Shown here: positions 17,719 through 27,276 of the stretch, piece after piece | Numbering within the stretch: the first letter of the stretch is position 1 | Layout of the letters: each line of letters opens with the position of its first letter | Virus record (IMG/VR): IMGVR_UViG_3300013125_000852 | Coordinates: 1-31,308 of that record | Source of the DNA: a virus | Lineage: Duplodnaviria; Caudoviricetes | DNA: 31,308 nt | Strand: one strand, 5' to 3' | Made by a program: the position numbers and the translations under genes | Notes under the pieces: generated by a model | Database searches by the model: none | Seen by the model: the letters and a program-made list of their open reading frames with translations, nothing else | Told to the model about the DNA's origin: nothing

Positions 17719-18819
17719 TCAAACCAACACTGCCCCGCCGTTGTCGCCGCCTCCGGTATCCCCACTGCCTCCTGAATCTCCACTGCCCGATCCCCCACCG
17801 GCAGGATCGGGCGATTCCGGGGCCGTAGCCCCGGTATCTTGCCCGTCATCACCGTTGAATTCCGAGAAGGCATTTTTCACGCCTCTTGCCAGTCCCTCGA
17901 TGCAGGTCTCCACATCGGCTCGTTTGCTCGCCTTGAGGAGCATGTGCGTGCTGGTCACCCAGCCTTTTTCTCCGGCAAGGACCAACTGCACCGGACCGGA
18001 GGAGATGAACGTGTTTTTCTTCTCCGCATCGAACAGTATTGACGGGCCGATCTTCCCATTCTCCGTGGCCGCGAATATGGCCAGGATGCCTTTGCCATCG
18101 CCTGCGTAATGCCAGATGCCCCCGCCGTTCGCATCCATCAGGCCCATGTAGTAATGGCCGTCCTTGGTGGCGTCCTTGACGCTTTCGGATGTGCCCGTCG
18201 CGACCATTTTGGTCCCTCGGCGCTTCCCTTTCCGCGGCTTCGATTCCTCTCCCTCGCTCTCCTGCTCATCCTCATCCTTGCCCGGCCCGGACATGAACAG
18301 GCCCGCTCCCAGGCTATCAATGAGCGCGAGCTTTTCCCTCTGCCCCCGATCGTCGAACAAAAGGGTATGGCCCGCCTCAGACTTCAGGATGCGCAGCCGG
18401 GTAGCGTCCCGCGGATTGTTCTTGCCCGCGGTTTTCACTTCCAGCGGCGTGAGCTGCTTGTTCCGGTCTTTCCCCGTCTTCTGCCCCTGTTGATATGGCG
18501 GCCCGGGTATGGCGAAGAGGGCCTGCGGATGGCCGGACAGGAATCCCAGATAAACAGTCTGTTGCGGCTGCAGCGGCAGCCACGCGCCCTGATCGCCCTT
18601 GGATTCGTCGCCGCCGCCGATGGGCGCGCCAATGACCTGGACCCATCCTGTCCAGTTCTTTTTGCCCTTGCCGAGCAAGTCCGGGCATTCGCACCTGACG
18701 CGGCCAACGCCCCACGGGTCCTTGACATCCTTGACCGTAGCGTCGTGGAAGGACAGGAACTGATTCATAAGAAACGGCGTCGGGACATATGGCGGTTCCC
18801 AATCGCGAGCGAAGAACAT
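17719..18819 (-). CDS. Baseplate central spike, gp5/VgrG/GpV OB-fold protein
   Basis: ATVKDVKDPWGVGRVRCECP, W.P....V.LGFLSGHP and LKSEAGHTLLFDD motifs. Confidence 0.85.
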   Translation of the reverse strand: MFFARDWEPPYVPTPFLMNQFLSFHDATVKDVKDPWGVGRVRCECPDLLGKGKKNWTGWVQVIGAPIGGGDESKGDQGAWLPLQPQQTVYLGFLSGHPQALFAIPGPPYQQGQKTGKDRNKQLTPLEVKTAGKNNPRDATRLRILKSEAGHTLLFDDRGQREKLALIDSLGAGLFMSGPGKDEDEQESEGEESKPRKGKRRGTKMVATGTSESVKDATKDGHYYMGLMDANGGGIWHYAGDGKGILAIFAATENGKIGPSILFDAEKKNTFISSGPVQLVLAGEKGWVTSTHMLLKASKRADVETCIEGLARGVKNAFSEFNGDDGQDTGATAPESPDPAGGGSGSGDSGGSGDTGGGDNGGAVLV

Positions 18820-18820
18820 G

Positions 18821-20020
18821 TTACGTGCCTCCCGCCGCGTTGGCCGCGCCCGAAGCGCTGCCCGCGGCAGCCCCGGCCGCTTTGGCTTCGTAGGGTTTTG
18901 CGCCGTCCAGAAGGTCGATGCCCTCCATCTTGCCCTTGCCTGGCTCGCCCGCTCCCCGCTGAGATTGCGGCTTTGTCCTCGGTTTGAAACTGATTACCCG
19001 CTCGCCGATTCCGTAGGTGAAAGTAGCCTGGGATTCACCGTCGAGATCGCGCTGGCCCATGAAGATTGTCGGCTGCTTCTCGAATGCCTTCGCAAAGAAG
19101 ACGTTCGGCGATTCAGCGCCCGCGCCGCCTTTGCCCTGGCCGCCGCGGATCAGGCTGCATTTGGTCCGCGAGCCCTTCTTGCCGCCTCCGGTGCGTTCAA
19201 TCTCCTCCGCATACCATTCCCCCGAATATTTTGAGCCCACATTCAGGACCGTGATGCATTTGCCCGCCCGCAACCGCGGGAACCCCCGCAATACCAGCTC
19301 GGCCGTTACCGGAGAACCGGCCGCGCCTGCTGCATTGTTCGACGCCAAGTTCTCGTCGAATTCCAAACCCTCTTTCGGCGGCAGAAAGGTCCGGCCGACC
19401 GCGGCCCCGCTGGCGCCCAGCGCAGTCTCACCCGCAAATTGCGCAGGCTTGCCGCCCTTGTCCTTCGGGAACACGCTCCGAAGGCCGCCTGATGACGCGC
19501 CGCCTCCCTTGGACTTCACCTTGAGTTGCTTTTTCAGCCGGTAGAGCACCTGATGCCATTTCTCATTGTATACGCCGAACGGCTGGTCCGTGAATTTCGG
19601 GCCGCCGCCGCTGCCATCCAGTTTGATCCCGAGCTGCTTGCAGATGCTGTCAGCGATCTGCCGCGCATTCATGTCCTTGTCGAAATTGCCCTTGTTTTTG
19701 CCGCCGGCCAGTTTTTGAGATTCATCGTATCCGCAAAGCTTGATCTTCAGCGGCCCCTTTTCGAGGTTCTCCTCCTCATCTTCTACGATGGGGAATTGGA
19801 GCGGCTCATCCAGGCTGCCATCCTCGCCGAAACGTATCGAGAGCATCTCCCCGGTCTGCCCGATGCCGTCATTCTTGCGCTCTTCATTGCTCAGGGTGAC
19901 CTCAACCTTGGACATCTTCTGTTCGGATTCCACAGCAGTCCATTCCAGCGTGTCCTTCGTGACATCCCTGCCGGCCACGGTAATGACGAAGTCCGTTTCG
20001 ATGACAGCATCGCGGCTCAT
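18821..20020 (-). CDS. Baseplate hub protein (P2 gpD / T4 gp27-like)
   Basis: FVITVAGRDVT, AELVLRGFPRLRAGKCITVLNVGSKYSGEWY. ATG 20020 overlaps the upstream stop (ATGA). Confidence 0.75.
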   Translation of the reverse strand: MSRDAVIETDFVITVAGRDVTKDTLEWTAVESEQKMSKVEVTLSNEERKNDGIGQTGEMLSIRFGEDGSLDEPLQFPIVEDEEENLEKGPLKIKLCGYDESQKLAGGKNKGNFDKDMNARQIADSICKQLGIKLDGSGGGPKFTDQPFGVYNEKWHQVLYRLKKQLKVKSKGGGASSGGLRSVFPKDKGGKPAQFAGETALGASGAAVGRTFLPPKEGLEFDENLASNNAAGAAGSPVTAELVLRGFPRLRAGKCITVLNVGSKYSGEWYAEEIERTGGGKKGSRTKCSLIRGGQGKGGAGAESPNVFFAKAFEKQPTIFMGQRDLDGESQATFTYGIGERVISFKPRTKPQSQRGAGEPGKGKMEGIDLLDGAKPYEAKAAGAAAGSASGAANAAGGT

Positions 20021-20457
20021 TGCACAACCCAAAAGAGCAGCCCGATCTTCGCGAAATACGGCTGCAACGTGATTGGATGGAAAAACTTGTGGTAATGCGG
20101 GTTCGCTTCGAGCAACACGCAAGTCCAGCGCCGGTCGCCGAGGATGAGCTTCAACCGGGGCGGCCGATCCTTGCCCCGGCCTTTCACGGTTGGGTCGGTA
20201 AGCCGCTGGAGCGATTTGACCATGCTATCCACGTCCTGATCGCTATTGTCCCGTGAGAGCGCTATATCGAATTGGATATGCGGCACGCCTCCGGCCGAGT
20301 ACTCCACGCCGGGAATTTTGGCGCCCGCGGTCGGGATGGCTTCCCAGTCCGCTTTGGCATCCGGCCCGTCGATCTGTTCGGGGTTCCACTGGAATGCGAC
20401 CGTTTGACCGGAGCCTTCCAGCGGAATGACCATGCCGTGAGTGAATGGATAGGTCAT
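20017..20457 (-). CDS. Tail tube initiator (CIS tube / Pvc7 / gp48-like)
   Basis: FQWNPEQI, EYSAGG and PPRLKLILG motifs; directly follows the tape measure gene. Confidence 0.78.
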   Translation of the reverse strand: MTYPFTHGMVIPLEGSGQTVAFQWNPEQIDGPDAKADWEAIPTAGAKIPGVEYSAGGVPHIQFDIALSRDNSDQDVDSMVKSLQRLTDPTVKGRGKDRPPRLKLILGDRRWTCVLLEANPHYHKFFHPITLQPYFAKIGLLFWVVQ

Positions 20458-22460
20458 TGCCAGGATTCCCCAAATCCGCCGCGGCCCGCTGCATACTCCG
20501 CCTGAATTTGCTCGTGAACAGTGTCAACGATGAATTCCTTGAATGCGGGGTTCCAATTGATGTTGATCTGCGGCTTCGTCTCCACAAAGACCGGCTGCGG
20601 CCCTGCTGGGACGCCCGCCCCGCCGCGATATATGACAGAGCCTATAGAGTCATTCAGCCAATTCCAGACGGCGGACGCTTCGGGCGCCGCCTGGGTGATG
20701 AGATTCCCTTCAGGCGCGCCCTTTCCGGGCGCAATATTGGGATTGGCCGCGTTGAGCCTATCAATGCGATCCGCCTGGCCCTCCTGCCAGCCCCTCAGCC
20801 ATGTATAGCCCTCATGGATCTTCTTTATGGCTGCGGCCAGGTCTTTGAGGCCGGGCATGATATCGGCCACTACAGCCTTGATATCGCTAAGGCCCGTTGT
20901 CAGGCTGGCTAATGACGTTCCTGCCAACTGCCCCAGGTCCGTGGCTATGCTGCGCAACGCACTGGGGTCCGCGGAATTGAATGCGGCCATCAGCCGGTCA
21001 ACAACAGCGCTCAAACCGGGCGCGCCCGCGAATGCCGCCGAAAAGCCCTCCCACATCCCCTGCGCGGCCATCCGAGCATTGGCTTCCATGATGTCGGTCT
21101 TCTGATTCCATTTGCTTTCGATCTGGTCCAGCGTTTCGCCATAGGGCTTCATGAACTCCATGGCCATCGCCTGAAACGGCTTTTTGATGGTCCTACTGAG
21201 GTCTTCGGCCTTCTGCTTGAAGATCGTGTAACGGGCATCGAAGGATTGCTGGCTTTCCAGGAGCTTGTCCCATTCAGCCGCAGGATTCAGGCCTTTCAAC
21301 ATCTTTTCGAGCTCCGGCCTGGCCCCCGACTGAAACGCTTTGGTCAATATGGGGATGCCCTGCATCCCTCCTTCGCCGAATGCCTCATTGATTATCTTGC
21401 TCACATCTGTGCCGCGGCGCTTTGCCAGGGCCTGCAATTCATCGAACCAGCCGCCCAGCATCTTCATGTATTCCGCGGGCGACTTGTCCATTAGCTGAAC
21501 GCCGAACCGCTGTGCTCTGGCTTGGGTGACCGCCTGCGATGATTTGAGCATCTCCCGCAATTCTTTGGGCAAATCATGCTCGTCTCTTGCACCCAACTGC
21601 GCCAGGAATCGTTCCTGGCCTAATGCCGCACCGACCTTGCCAAAACCTTCGCCGGTCTTGCTCATGACGGCCCGAAGCAACTCTCCGGTGCGCTCTCCCA
21701 ATGCGCCGGCCAAGGTGGCCATATCCGCGATCATCGATTCCTGGGGTTTGCCGAGTTGAGAATAGATGCCGACGAGGTGGCCCAGGGCGACCTTCAAATC
21801 TGCGCCCTGCGCACCGCTCTGCGAAATCGCCATTGGAATTTGAGCTGCAAAGCGCTGGACCATCGGGAGTAGTTCTTCATTGCTCTTACCCACGCCATAG
21901 GACCACAGGAATTTACGTATCAGGTTGGTAGCCTCGGCGATTGCCGTGCCCGGTCCCAAACCCTTTTGCAACTGGATTGCAGCTTCCAGGCCCGATTTAT
22001 TCGCCTCGACCGCATCCATGCCAGTCCCGAATTTGGATGCGATATCGAATATGCCCTTGGAAACATCTGCATGCTCGATGCCGGGCAAGACCTTCCTCAG
22101 GCCCTTGGCATGCTGCTCATAAGATTTGATGGCGGCCTCGGGATGCTGCATATAGCGCAGATAATCCGTCCATTGCTGGGCTTCAGGATTGCCCTTTACC
22201 CATTCGGCCATGCCGCCGAAGGCCTTGCCCGCAACGAACGCGGTGATGGCCAACTTCGCCAGGCGCAGCCCGGTAGTCATGCGCTGGGACATGTTATGAA
22301 CGGAATTGCCCATCATATCGAAATGGCGCATCATCCGCGGAGTATTGGAATCCACAACCGACGACAACCCGGTGTAGGCGCGGTGCAGCCCCCGCATGTG
22401 CTGGATGCCCTCAGCCCCACCTTGAAAGCCAAATCTGACTCCGATTTCCGTTAAACCCAT
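20454..22460 (-). CDS. Tail tape measure protein (668 aa)
   Basis: Ala/Gly/Met-rich, helical-looking protein between the chaperones and the tube initiator. Confidence 0.8.
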   Translation of the reverse strand: MGLTEIGVRFGFQGGAEGIQHMRGLHRAYTGLSSVVDSNTPRMMRHFDMMGNSVHNMSQRMTTGLRLAKLAITAFVAGKAFGGMAEWVKGNPEAQQWTDYLRYMQHPEAAIKSYEQHAKGLRKVLPGIEHADVSKGIFDIASKFGTGMDAVEANKSGLEAAIQLQKGLGPGTAIAEATNLIRKFLWSYGVGKSNEELLPMVQRFAAQIPMAISQSGAQGADLKVALGHLVGIYSQLGKPQESMIADMATLAGALGERTGELLRAVMSKTGEGFGKVGAALGQERFLAQLGARDEHDLPKELREMLKSSQAVTQARAQRFGVQLMDKSPAEYMKMLGGWFDELQALAKRRGTDVSKIINEAFGEGGMQGIPILTKAFQSGARPELEKMLKGLNPAAEWDKLLESQQSFDARYTIFKQKAEDLSRTIKKPFQAMAMEFMKPYGETLDQIESKWNQKTDIMEANARMAAQGMWEGFSAAFAGAPGLSAVVDRLMAAFNSADPSALRSIATDLGQLAGTSLASLTTGLSDIKAVVADIMPGLKDLAAAIKKIHEGYTWLRGWQEGQADRIDRLNAANPNIAPGKGAPEGNLITQAAPEASAVWNWLNDSIGSVIYRGGAGVPAGPQPVFVETKPQININWNPAFKEFIVDTVHEQIQAEYAAGRGGFGESWQ

Positions 22461-22482
22461 GTTTGCACCACCAAATCCTTCG

Positions 22483-22543
22483 ATCCGCAGATTTCACAGA
22501 TTTTCGCGGAAAAGAATCTGCGTAATCGGCGTAATCTGCGGAT
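22483..22543. repeat. 'Empty' family-D element (inverted CGCAGATT / AATCTGCG 9-nt tandem units)
   Basis: ATCCGCAGATTTCACAGATTTTCGCGGA-AAAG-AATCTGCGTAATCGGCGTAATCTGCGGAT. Confidence 0.8.
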
Positions 22544-22550
22544 GGATCTC

Positions 22551-22757
22551 TTATTTGCTTCCGAACATTTTTTCGAGGAGCTCGCCGAGCCGTTTATGAA
22601 CGTCCCGGCGTTCCCTCACCGGCCAGCGTTTCACCTCGCTGCGTTGCTGGTGATGCCATTGGCATATGTCGAATACGGCCCGGCTGGGGCTATATATCTG
22701 ATACAGTAGCCGCCAGTTTAATCGGCCGAAGGCCGCTGCGAAATTGCCGAACTTCAC
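22551..22757 (-). CDS. Small tail assembly chaperone partner (lambda T-like position)
   Basis: GTGA overlap with the upstream stop; HHQQRSEVKRWPVRERR resembles the small pre-TMP ORF of myoviruses. Confidence 0.6.
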   Translation of the reverse strand: MKFGNFAAAFGRLNWRLLYQIYSPSRAVFDICQWHHQQRSEVKRWPVRERRDVHKRLGELLEKMFGSK

Positions 22758-23443
22758 ACCATGAGGCCCGGCAGCAAGAAAGAAGGGTCCGCAAAAAGGT
22801 CCACCACCTGTGCTTTCCCCTGTTTGTTCCGGAACCGAACCCGCGTATCATAGCCGCACTGGTTCTTGCGCATGTCGGCCCGGAGCGCCTTGTGATCGAA
22901 TCCGGGCCATTGCTTGACCGCCTCCAATTTGATATCTGTCGAGCCATTCACGCTCCGGATCGCGCGGAACGACATCCGCGTCGGCTGGAAGCCGGGCAGC
23001 TCCAATTCTTCCAGGTCCTGCGCCGCGGTCTTGTACCCGTAAACAATCTGATGACCTGTCCGGGGCAACGTGAATTTGAACGTCGGGTCCGGCCCCGCGG
23101 TCATCGCGAGGAAATCGAGCTCCTTCAAATCCACTGCATATCCGGACTCCTGGGGATCGTCATCATTCACCAATATGAGGGTGTCCCCGTAGGTCACACG
23201 ATAGATTTCAATCCCGAGGCATTTGTAATCCGGGGTCCGCAACGCCAGGACGTCATCCCGCGTAACAGGGGCCTTGTCGCCGAGCTTGGCCGTGCAGTAG
23301 GCCCAGTAATCGGGCAACGCCGCGGCCAAACCCTTATTGGATTCAGTTATCAATTCCTCGGCAAAGCTGTCCGCCTCGCGTATTACCGCCTCCAGGCCGG
23401 ACACCGGCAGCGTGACGGTTTTGGTCAAATACTGATATTCCAT
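22754..23443 (-). CDS. Tail assembly chaperone / baseplate hub assembly protein (T4 gp26-like)
   Basis: Duplicated TLPxSG/TG motif (VTLPVSG, FTLPRTG); lies between tube and TMP. Confidence 0.65.
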   Translation of the reverse strand: MEYQYLTKTVTLPVSGLEAVIREADSFAEELITESNKGLAAALPDYWAYCTAKLGDKAPVTRDDVLALRTPDYKCLGIEIYRVTYGDTLILVNDDDPQESGYAVDLKELDFLAMTAGPDPTFKFTLPRTGHQIVYGYKTAAQDLEELELPGFQPTRMSFRAIRSVNGSTDIKLEAVKQWPGFDHKALRADMRKNQCGYDTRVRFRNKQGKAQVVDLFADPSFLLPGLMV

Positions 23444-23446
23444 ATT

Positions 23447-23651
23447 CCCTCACCCCAACCCTCTCCCAGCGGGAGAGGGGAAGCTACCGGCGGGCCTGCC
23501 CCGGACCACGATCCGGGGACGCCGGCGCTGCGAAGGCATCCGCAGATTGCGCAGATTGCTGTACGGCGCGACCGGCGGTCGCCCTGGGGCGCACGCCATG
23601 CGCCCCTACCGTAGCGCCGGCATCTTGCCGGTGATTCTGTTCAATCTGCGG
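23447..23651. repeat. Nested palindrome cluster (B, A with 24-nt insert, D[C,A]D)
   Basis: B 23447-23479; A 23487-23531 split by 23495-23518; D 23538-23557; C 23561-23609; A 23611-23631; D 23643-23651. Confidence 0.85.
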
Positions 23652-23656
23652 CTGCC

Positions 23657-23878
23657 CTATTCTTCCCGGATCGCTTCCAGGGCCTGCGGCCCGAGATCGT
23701 TGAATATGAACTTCGCGGCCTCAGCCTGCGTGGTCCGGGCCAGCATTTCCTTCACCGGTCTCTCCGGATGATCGGAGAGCCGCGCTTCCACCCGACCGTC
23801 GTCCAGGACCTCCACCGCGGCATGTTCCAGCAGCGGCGAAAGCTCATCCAATTTGGTGCCCTTTTTCGGCCTTCCCAT
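23657..23878 (-). CDS. Small hypothetical phage protein (73 aa)
   Basis: MGRPKKGTK..., SD AGGGAG, co-oriented. Confidence 0.6.
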   Translation of the reverse strand: MGRPKKGTKLDELSPLLEHAAVEVLDDGRVEARLSDHPERPVKEMLARTTQAEAAKFIFNDLGPQALEAIREE

Positions 23879-23892
23879 GATTCTTCTCCCTG

Positions 23893-24044
23893 CCGGCAAG
23901 ATGCCGGCGCTGCGGAATACAAGCCGTTATCCGCAGATTTCACAGATTGCGCCGGTGTTTCGGGCCGTGTAGGGGCGCATGGCATGCGCCCTCTGGAGGG
24001 CGACCGCCGGCCGCCCCTACAGCAGTCTGCGTGAATCGGCGGTT
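23893..24044. repeat. Palindrome cluster A + D[C]D
   Basis: A 23893-23913; D 23929-23948; C 23969-24020; D-right to 24044. Confidence 0.8.
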
Positions 24045-24050
24045 GCTCCC

Positions 24051-24515
24051 CTACGCTCTTATCCGCCAGTTATTGCAGCGGCCTGTGATTTTTATCGTCA
24101 TCCGCTTCTTGCCGTCATCCGCGTCCCATTCCTCGAACTCGGCCTCCTGCGGATAGCCATCCTCCACGTCCACGGTGAATGCAGGGTTGTCCTCCGGGCC
24201 AATCGCTATGGCTGTGAAATCCCGGTAATAGAGCTTCGGGTTCCGGGTGCGCACCTGGTCCTGCCAATTCTGCCAGAACAGAATGGCTTCCTTGTTTTCA
24301 GCCGGAAGAATGACCTCGGCAGACCATGTATCCAGCTTCTCGCCGCCTGCCTGGTAGACCGCCAGCGTCTGGGCGCCCCCGTTCAATTCGACTTCTTCAA
24401 AGCTGCGCTTCCCGAGCTTGAACTTGTTCACCAGCGCGGGCGAATAACCATTGAATTCCAGCCGATATTCTTTGCCGAGCAGCGCCGTGCCTACCTGTCT
24501 CGCGTCCGTTATCAT
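24051..24515 (-). CDS. Tail tube protein (T4 gp19-like)
   Basis: FWQNWQDQV...YYRDFT...DGYPQE.EFEEWDA pattern; follows the sheath gene; SD GGAGG. Confidence 0.85.
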   Translation of the reverse strand: MITDARQVGTALLGKEYRLEFNGYSPALVNKFKLGKRSFEEVELNGGAQTLAVYQAGGEKLDTWSAEVILPAENKEAILFWQNWQDQVRTRNPKLYYRDFTAIAIGPEDNPAFTVDVEDGYPQEAEFEEWDADDGKKRMTIKITGRCNNWRIRA

Positions 24516-24590
24516 ATTGCCTCCATCACGGGCGACCGCCGGTCGCCTCTACAATCTGCGTAATCTGCGCAAATCTGCGGTTAATGCCTC

Positions 24591-26897
24591 TTATGCCGCT
24601 TGCCGCAGCCATCCAGGCAATGCATAGAGGTCTCGATAGTCCTGGAAGGGCTGGCCTGTTCTCATTACTCCCATCTCAATCGTGGGATAGAAAATTTGAC
24701 GCACCGGCTGAATCAATAGCCGGCAGCGATAAATCCCCGCGTCGATCTCAGGGCCGGTGTTCAATACCGCGCCCTTCAGTGTCCCCTCGGCCGTGAAGTA
24801 CGCGTCCTCATCGCAGACGAGCACGTATCCATAGATCGCGCCGCTGTTCAGGTCCTCCCGCAGGATAGGATTCAAAATCCTGTAGACTTCACGCCACTGA
24901 TAGGGATGGTTCGGCCGGTTGATGAACTGCAACCCGACCGGATAGAGCATCCACTGATACTCGAGGATCTTGTGGACCACGGGGAATTCACGCAGGGCCG
25001 AAAATGCCCGCTGCGATGTCCAGCCGCCCCAGATGTAAGCGCCTTCCCATCCGCGAGTTTCCAAGCTGGTGTGCAGGATGCGGCCGTTGTTGATCTGGTA
25101 TTCGGCTAACAGGTCCGCTCCCGCGCCATCCTCCGCGGGATTGTCGTCTATGGCCAGCACGTTCGGGACCTTCCCGCGTTCCACCCCGAATGGCGACCAA
25201 TGCCGGCCATGAGCGCTATCTGTTTTGCAAATGGCCGCGGCCAATGCGGGCAGACACGTGATTTCCACATTCTCGTTGTTTTTCGGATCGAAGATCGTTA
25301 TACGGCCTCGCATGAACCCGGCTTTCCACATGTTGAACGCGGCATGCTGATAACCCGCTTCCGGGTCGCCCATTCGCCAGGCCACAGTATCGGCGGCAGA
25401 CAGGCCCGCGGGGGTCGGCCCCCACCAGAATCGGCCCTTGCGAGCATCCACAAAGGTCTCGGCAGCCGCCCGCACGGTCGCGGAGCTTGTCCCGAACTGC
25501 ATGAGATTTATAAATGGCATGGACCAATGATCGGTCACATATAGGCCCGTCTTGCCCGCGGGATCGCCGATCCAGTCCGCATCGGTGAGCACCAGGGTGC
25601 CATCCGAACCGGCTGAACAGACATAGCCGGTTGAGGTCAACGCCGGCCAATTATTCGGCGCGGGGTTCGGGTCATCGTCGGTGTCCACTATCCTGCCGCC
25701 CCTGAAATGCGAATTGACATAGCCCTTCCAATAGCGGCTATTTGCCGGGTCCGGACTCAGCTCGGGATAATACGCCTCAGTCGCGCCGGGGACCACGATC
25801 CGCACATTCATGGTCTCGCCGGGATTCAGCGGCGAGTCATAGACATACAATTTGGCGCCGTTGCCGTATGCGCCCGGATGCAGCTCCAGCTTCCAGGGAT
25901 ATTTCACCGGCGGCACAGCCCCGGAATGCAGATCATTATCCAGGCCCATCGGCGTGTCCGCGGTCGAGGACGCCTGGACCTGGACCTTGGACCCGGTCCC
26001 GGACGTGCTCGATATGATGCTCAAAAAGCCCTGGAGACCATTCGCGGTCGCACCGGACAGGTCCGCCAGTTGAGCCGCCACCTGCGCGGCTGTCAGCACG
26101 AAATTACCAGTCTCGCTGTTCGCCGGGGTCAGCGGGAATGTCTGGTCCTCGCCGGCGTCTACGGCCACAACCAGCGAATCCGTGCCCACCGCATGAGTAT
26201 AAACCCCTTCGCCGAGGCCCAGAGCAGAATAAGCATCATGGGTTACGGCCATGATCTCGATGTCCTTGGCGACATCGGTGGATTCGCAATGGACCTTGTT
26301 GTCCGAAACAGTGGCATTGATCCCTTCCGTTCCGGCGTTTATATCGTCGCAGATCTGCGTTGCGGTCCGGGCTGCGCCGGGCGTCAGGGTGACGGTTTGA
26401 TCCGCGCCCCATGCGCCCTCGACGCCCACCCGCAATTTGACCTTGTCATTGACGTCCACGGTAATCGCGAACGGGCCGAGTTCGGTCCCTGTGAACCGTC
26501 CGGGCGTTGCGGGGCTGAATGTGAATGGTCCGGCCGCGCTGTCCACTTGGGCATGAGTCGGCACATTGCCGCCCCGATCCGGGATGAGCGCCGACGCCGC
26601 TACAACATCCACGGTCGAGCGATCGCTCACGTCCGAACAATGCGCGATACGATGGAAGACGATATTTGCGCCCGCCTTCAACGCCTCGATGCACTGAATC
26701 GGATCCTGGGTCCAATCCACCGAATCGCCATACATCTCGATGAACCGCGCGATGTCCTTCGCGGTAAACGCATTGCCGTCCCAGAGCGGGCCTCGTGAAG
26801 CCTGGCCGTAGACGCCGATATATGACTTGGGGATCGGCTCTGCTTCATAGCTCAAATCGAACAGCGGGAATAATACTCTCGGGTCGCCTAAGCTCAT
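24591..26897 (-). CDS. Contractile tail sheath protein with inserted domains (768 aa)
   Basis: GQASRGP, PGAYGNG, DWIGDPAGKTGLY, WSPFGVERG, YIWGGWT, YVLVCDE and LLIQPVR motifs; SD AGGAGGTG. Confidence 0.92.
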   Translation of the reverse strand: MSLGDPRVLFPLFDLSYEAEPIPKSYIGVYGQASRGPLWDGNAFTAKDIARFIEMYGDSVDWTQDPIQCIEALKAGANIVFHRIAHCSDVSDRSTVDVVAASALIPDRGGNVPTHAQVDSAAGPFTFSPATPGRFTGTELGPFAITVDVNDKVKLRVGVEGAWGADQTVTLTPGAARTATQICDDINAGTEGINATVSDNKVHCESTDVAKDIEIMAVTHDAYSALGLGEGVYTHAVGTDSLVVAVDAGEDQTFPLTPANSETGNFVLTAAQVAAQLADLSGATANGLQGFLSIISSTSGTGSKVQVQASSTADTPMGLDNDLHSGAVPPVKYPWKLELHPGAYGNGAKLYVYDSPLNPGETMNVRIVVPGATEAYYPELSPDPANSRYWKGYVNSHFRGGRIVDTDDDPNPAPNNWPALTSTGYVCSAGSDGTLVLTDADWIGDPAGKTGLYVTDHWSMPFINLMQFGTSSATVRAAAETFVDARKGRFWWGPTPAGLSAADTVAWRMGDPEAGYQHAAFNMWKAGFMRGRITIFDPKNNENVEITCLPALAAAICKTDSAHGRHWSPFGVERGKVPNVLAIDDNPAEDGAGADLLAEYQINNGRILHTSLETRGWEGAYIWGGWTSQRAFSALREFPVVHKILEYQWMLYPVGLQFINRPNHPYQWREVYRILNPILREDLNSGAIYGYVLVCDEDAYFTAEGTLKGAVLNTGPEIDAGIYRCRLLIQPVRQIFYPTIEMGVMRTGQPFQDYRDLYALPGWLRQAA

Positions 26898-26899
26898 GA

Positions 26900-27259
26900 T
26901 TATTCACCTCCTGCATATTCCCGGCGTTCAATCCAGCCGAGCTTTTCCCAGGCAAAAATCTGTTTCGTGAGCAGCTTTTTCAAAATCGGCCCGCTGACAT
27001 GAATGTCCCGGCCTGCGCATCGCGGCCCCAGATTGATATGAGTCCCATCGCGCAGCGGGCACGCAAGCGGCTGTTTGGATTTGTTCACCAGGATGCAATA
27101 GTCGGTTCGTAGCGCCGGCGCCTTGCCGGTATCTGCGGCCGGCTTTTCCCCCTCACCCTGGCTCTCTCCCGCCAGGGGAGAGGGGGGGCTTTTCTCTTCC
27201 ATAGCGCCGGCATCTTGCCGGTACTCTTCTTCTTCTTTGGCCTTATTTCTTGTGGCCAT
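26900..27259 (-). CDS. Small pre-sheath phage protein carrying three in-frame palindromic repeats
   Basis: SD AAGGAGG before ATG 27259; C-terminal LVNKSKQPL...INLGPR domain; repeats at 27109, ~27149 and 27201. Confidence 0.7.
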   Translation of the reverse strand: MATRNKAKEEEEYRQDAGAMEEKSPPSPLAGESQGEGEKPAADTGKAPALRTDYCILVNKSKQPLACPLRDGTHINLGPRCAGRDIHVSGPILKKLLTKQIFAWEKLGWIERREYAGGE

Positions 27260-27276
27260 GAGGCCCTCCTTATTTT

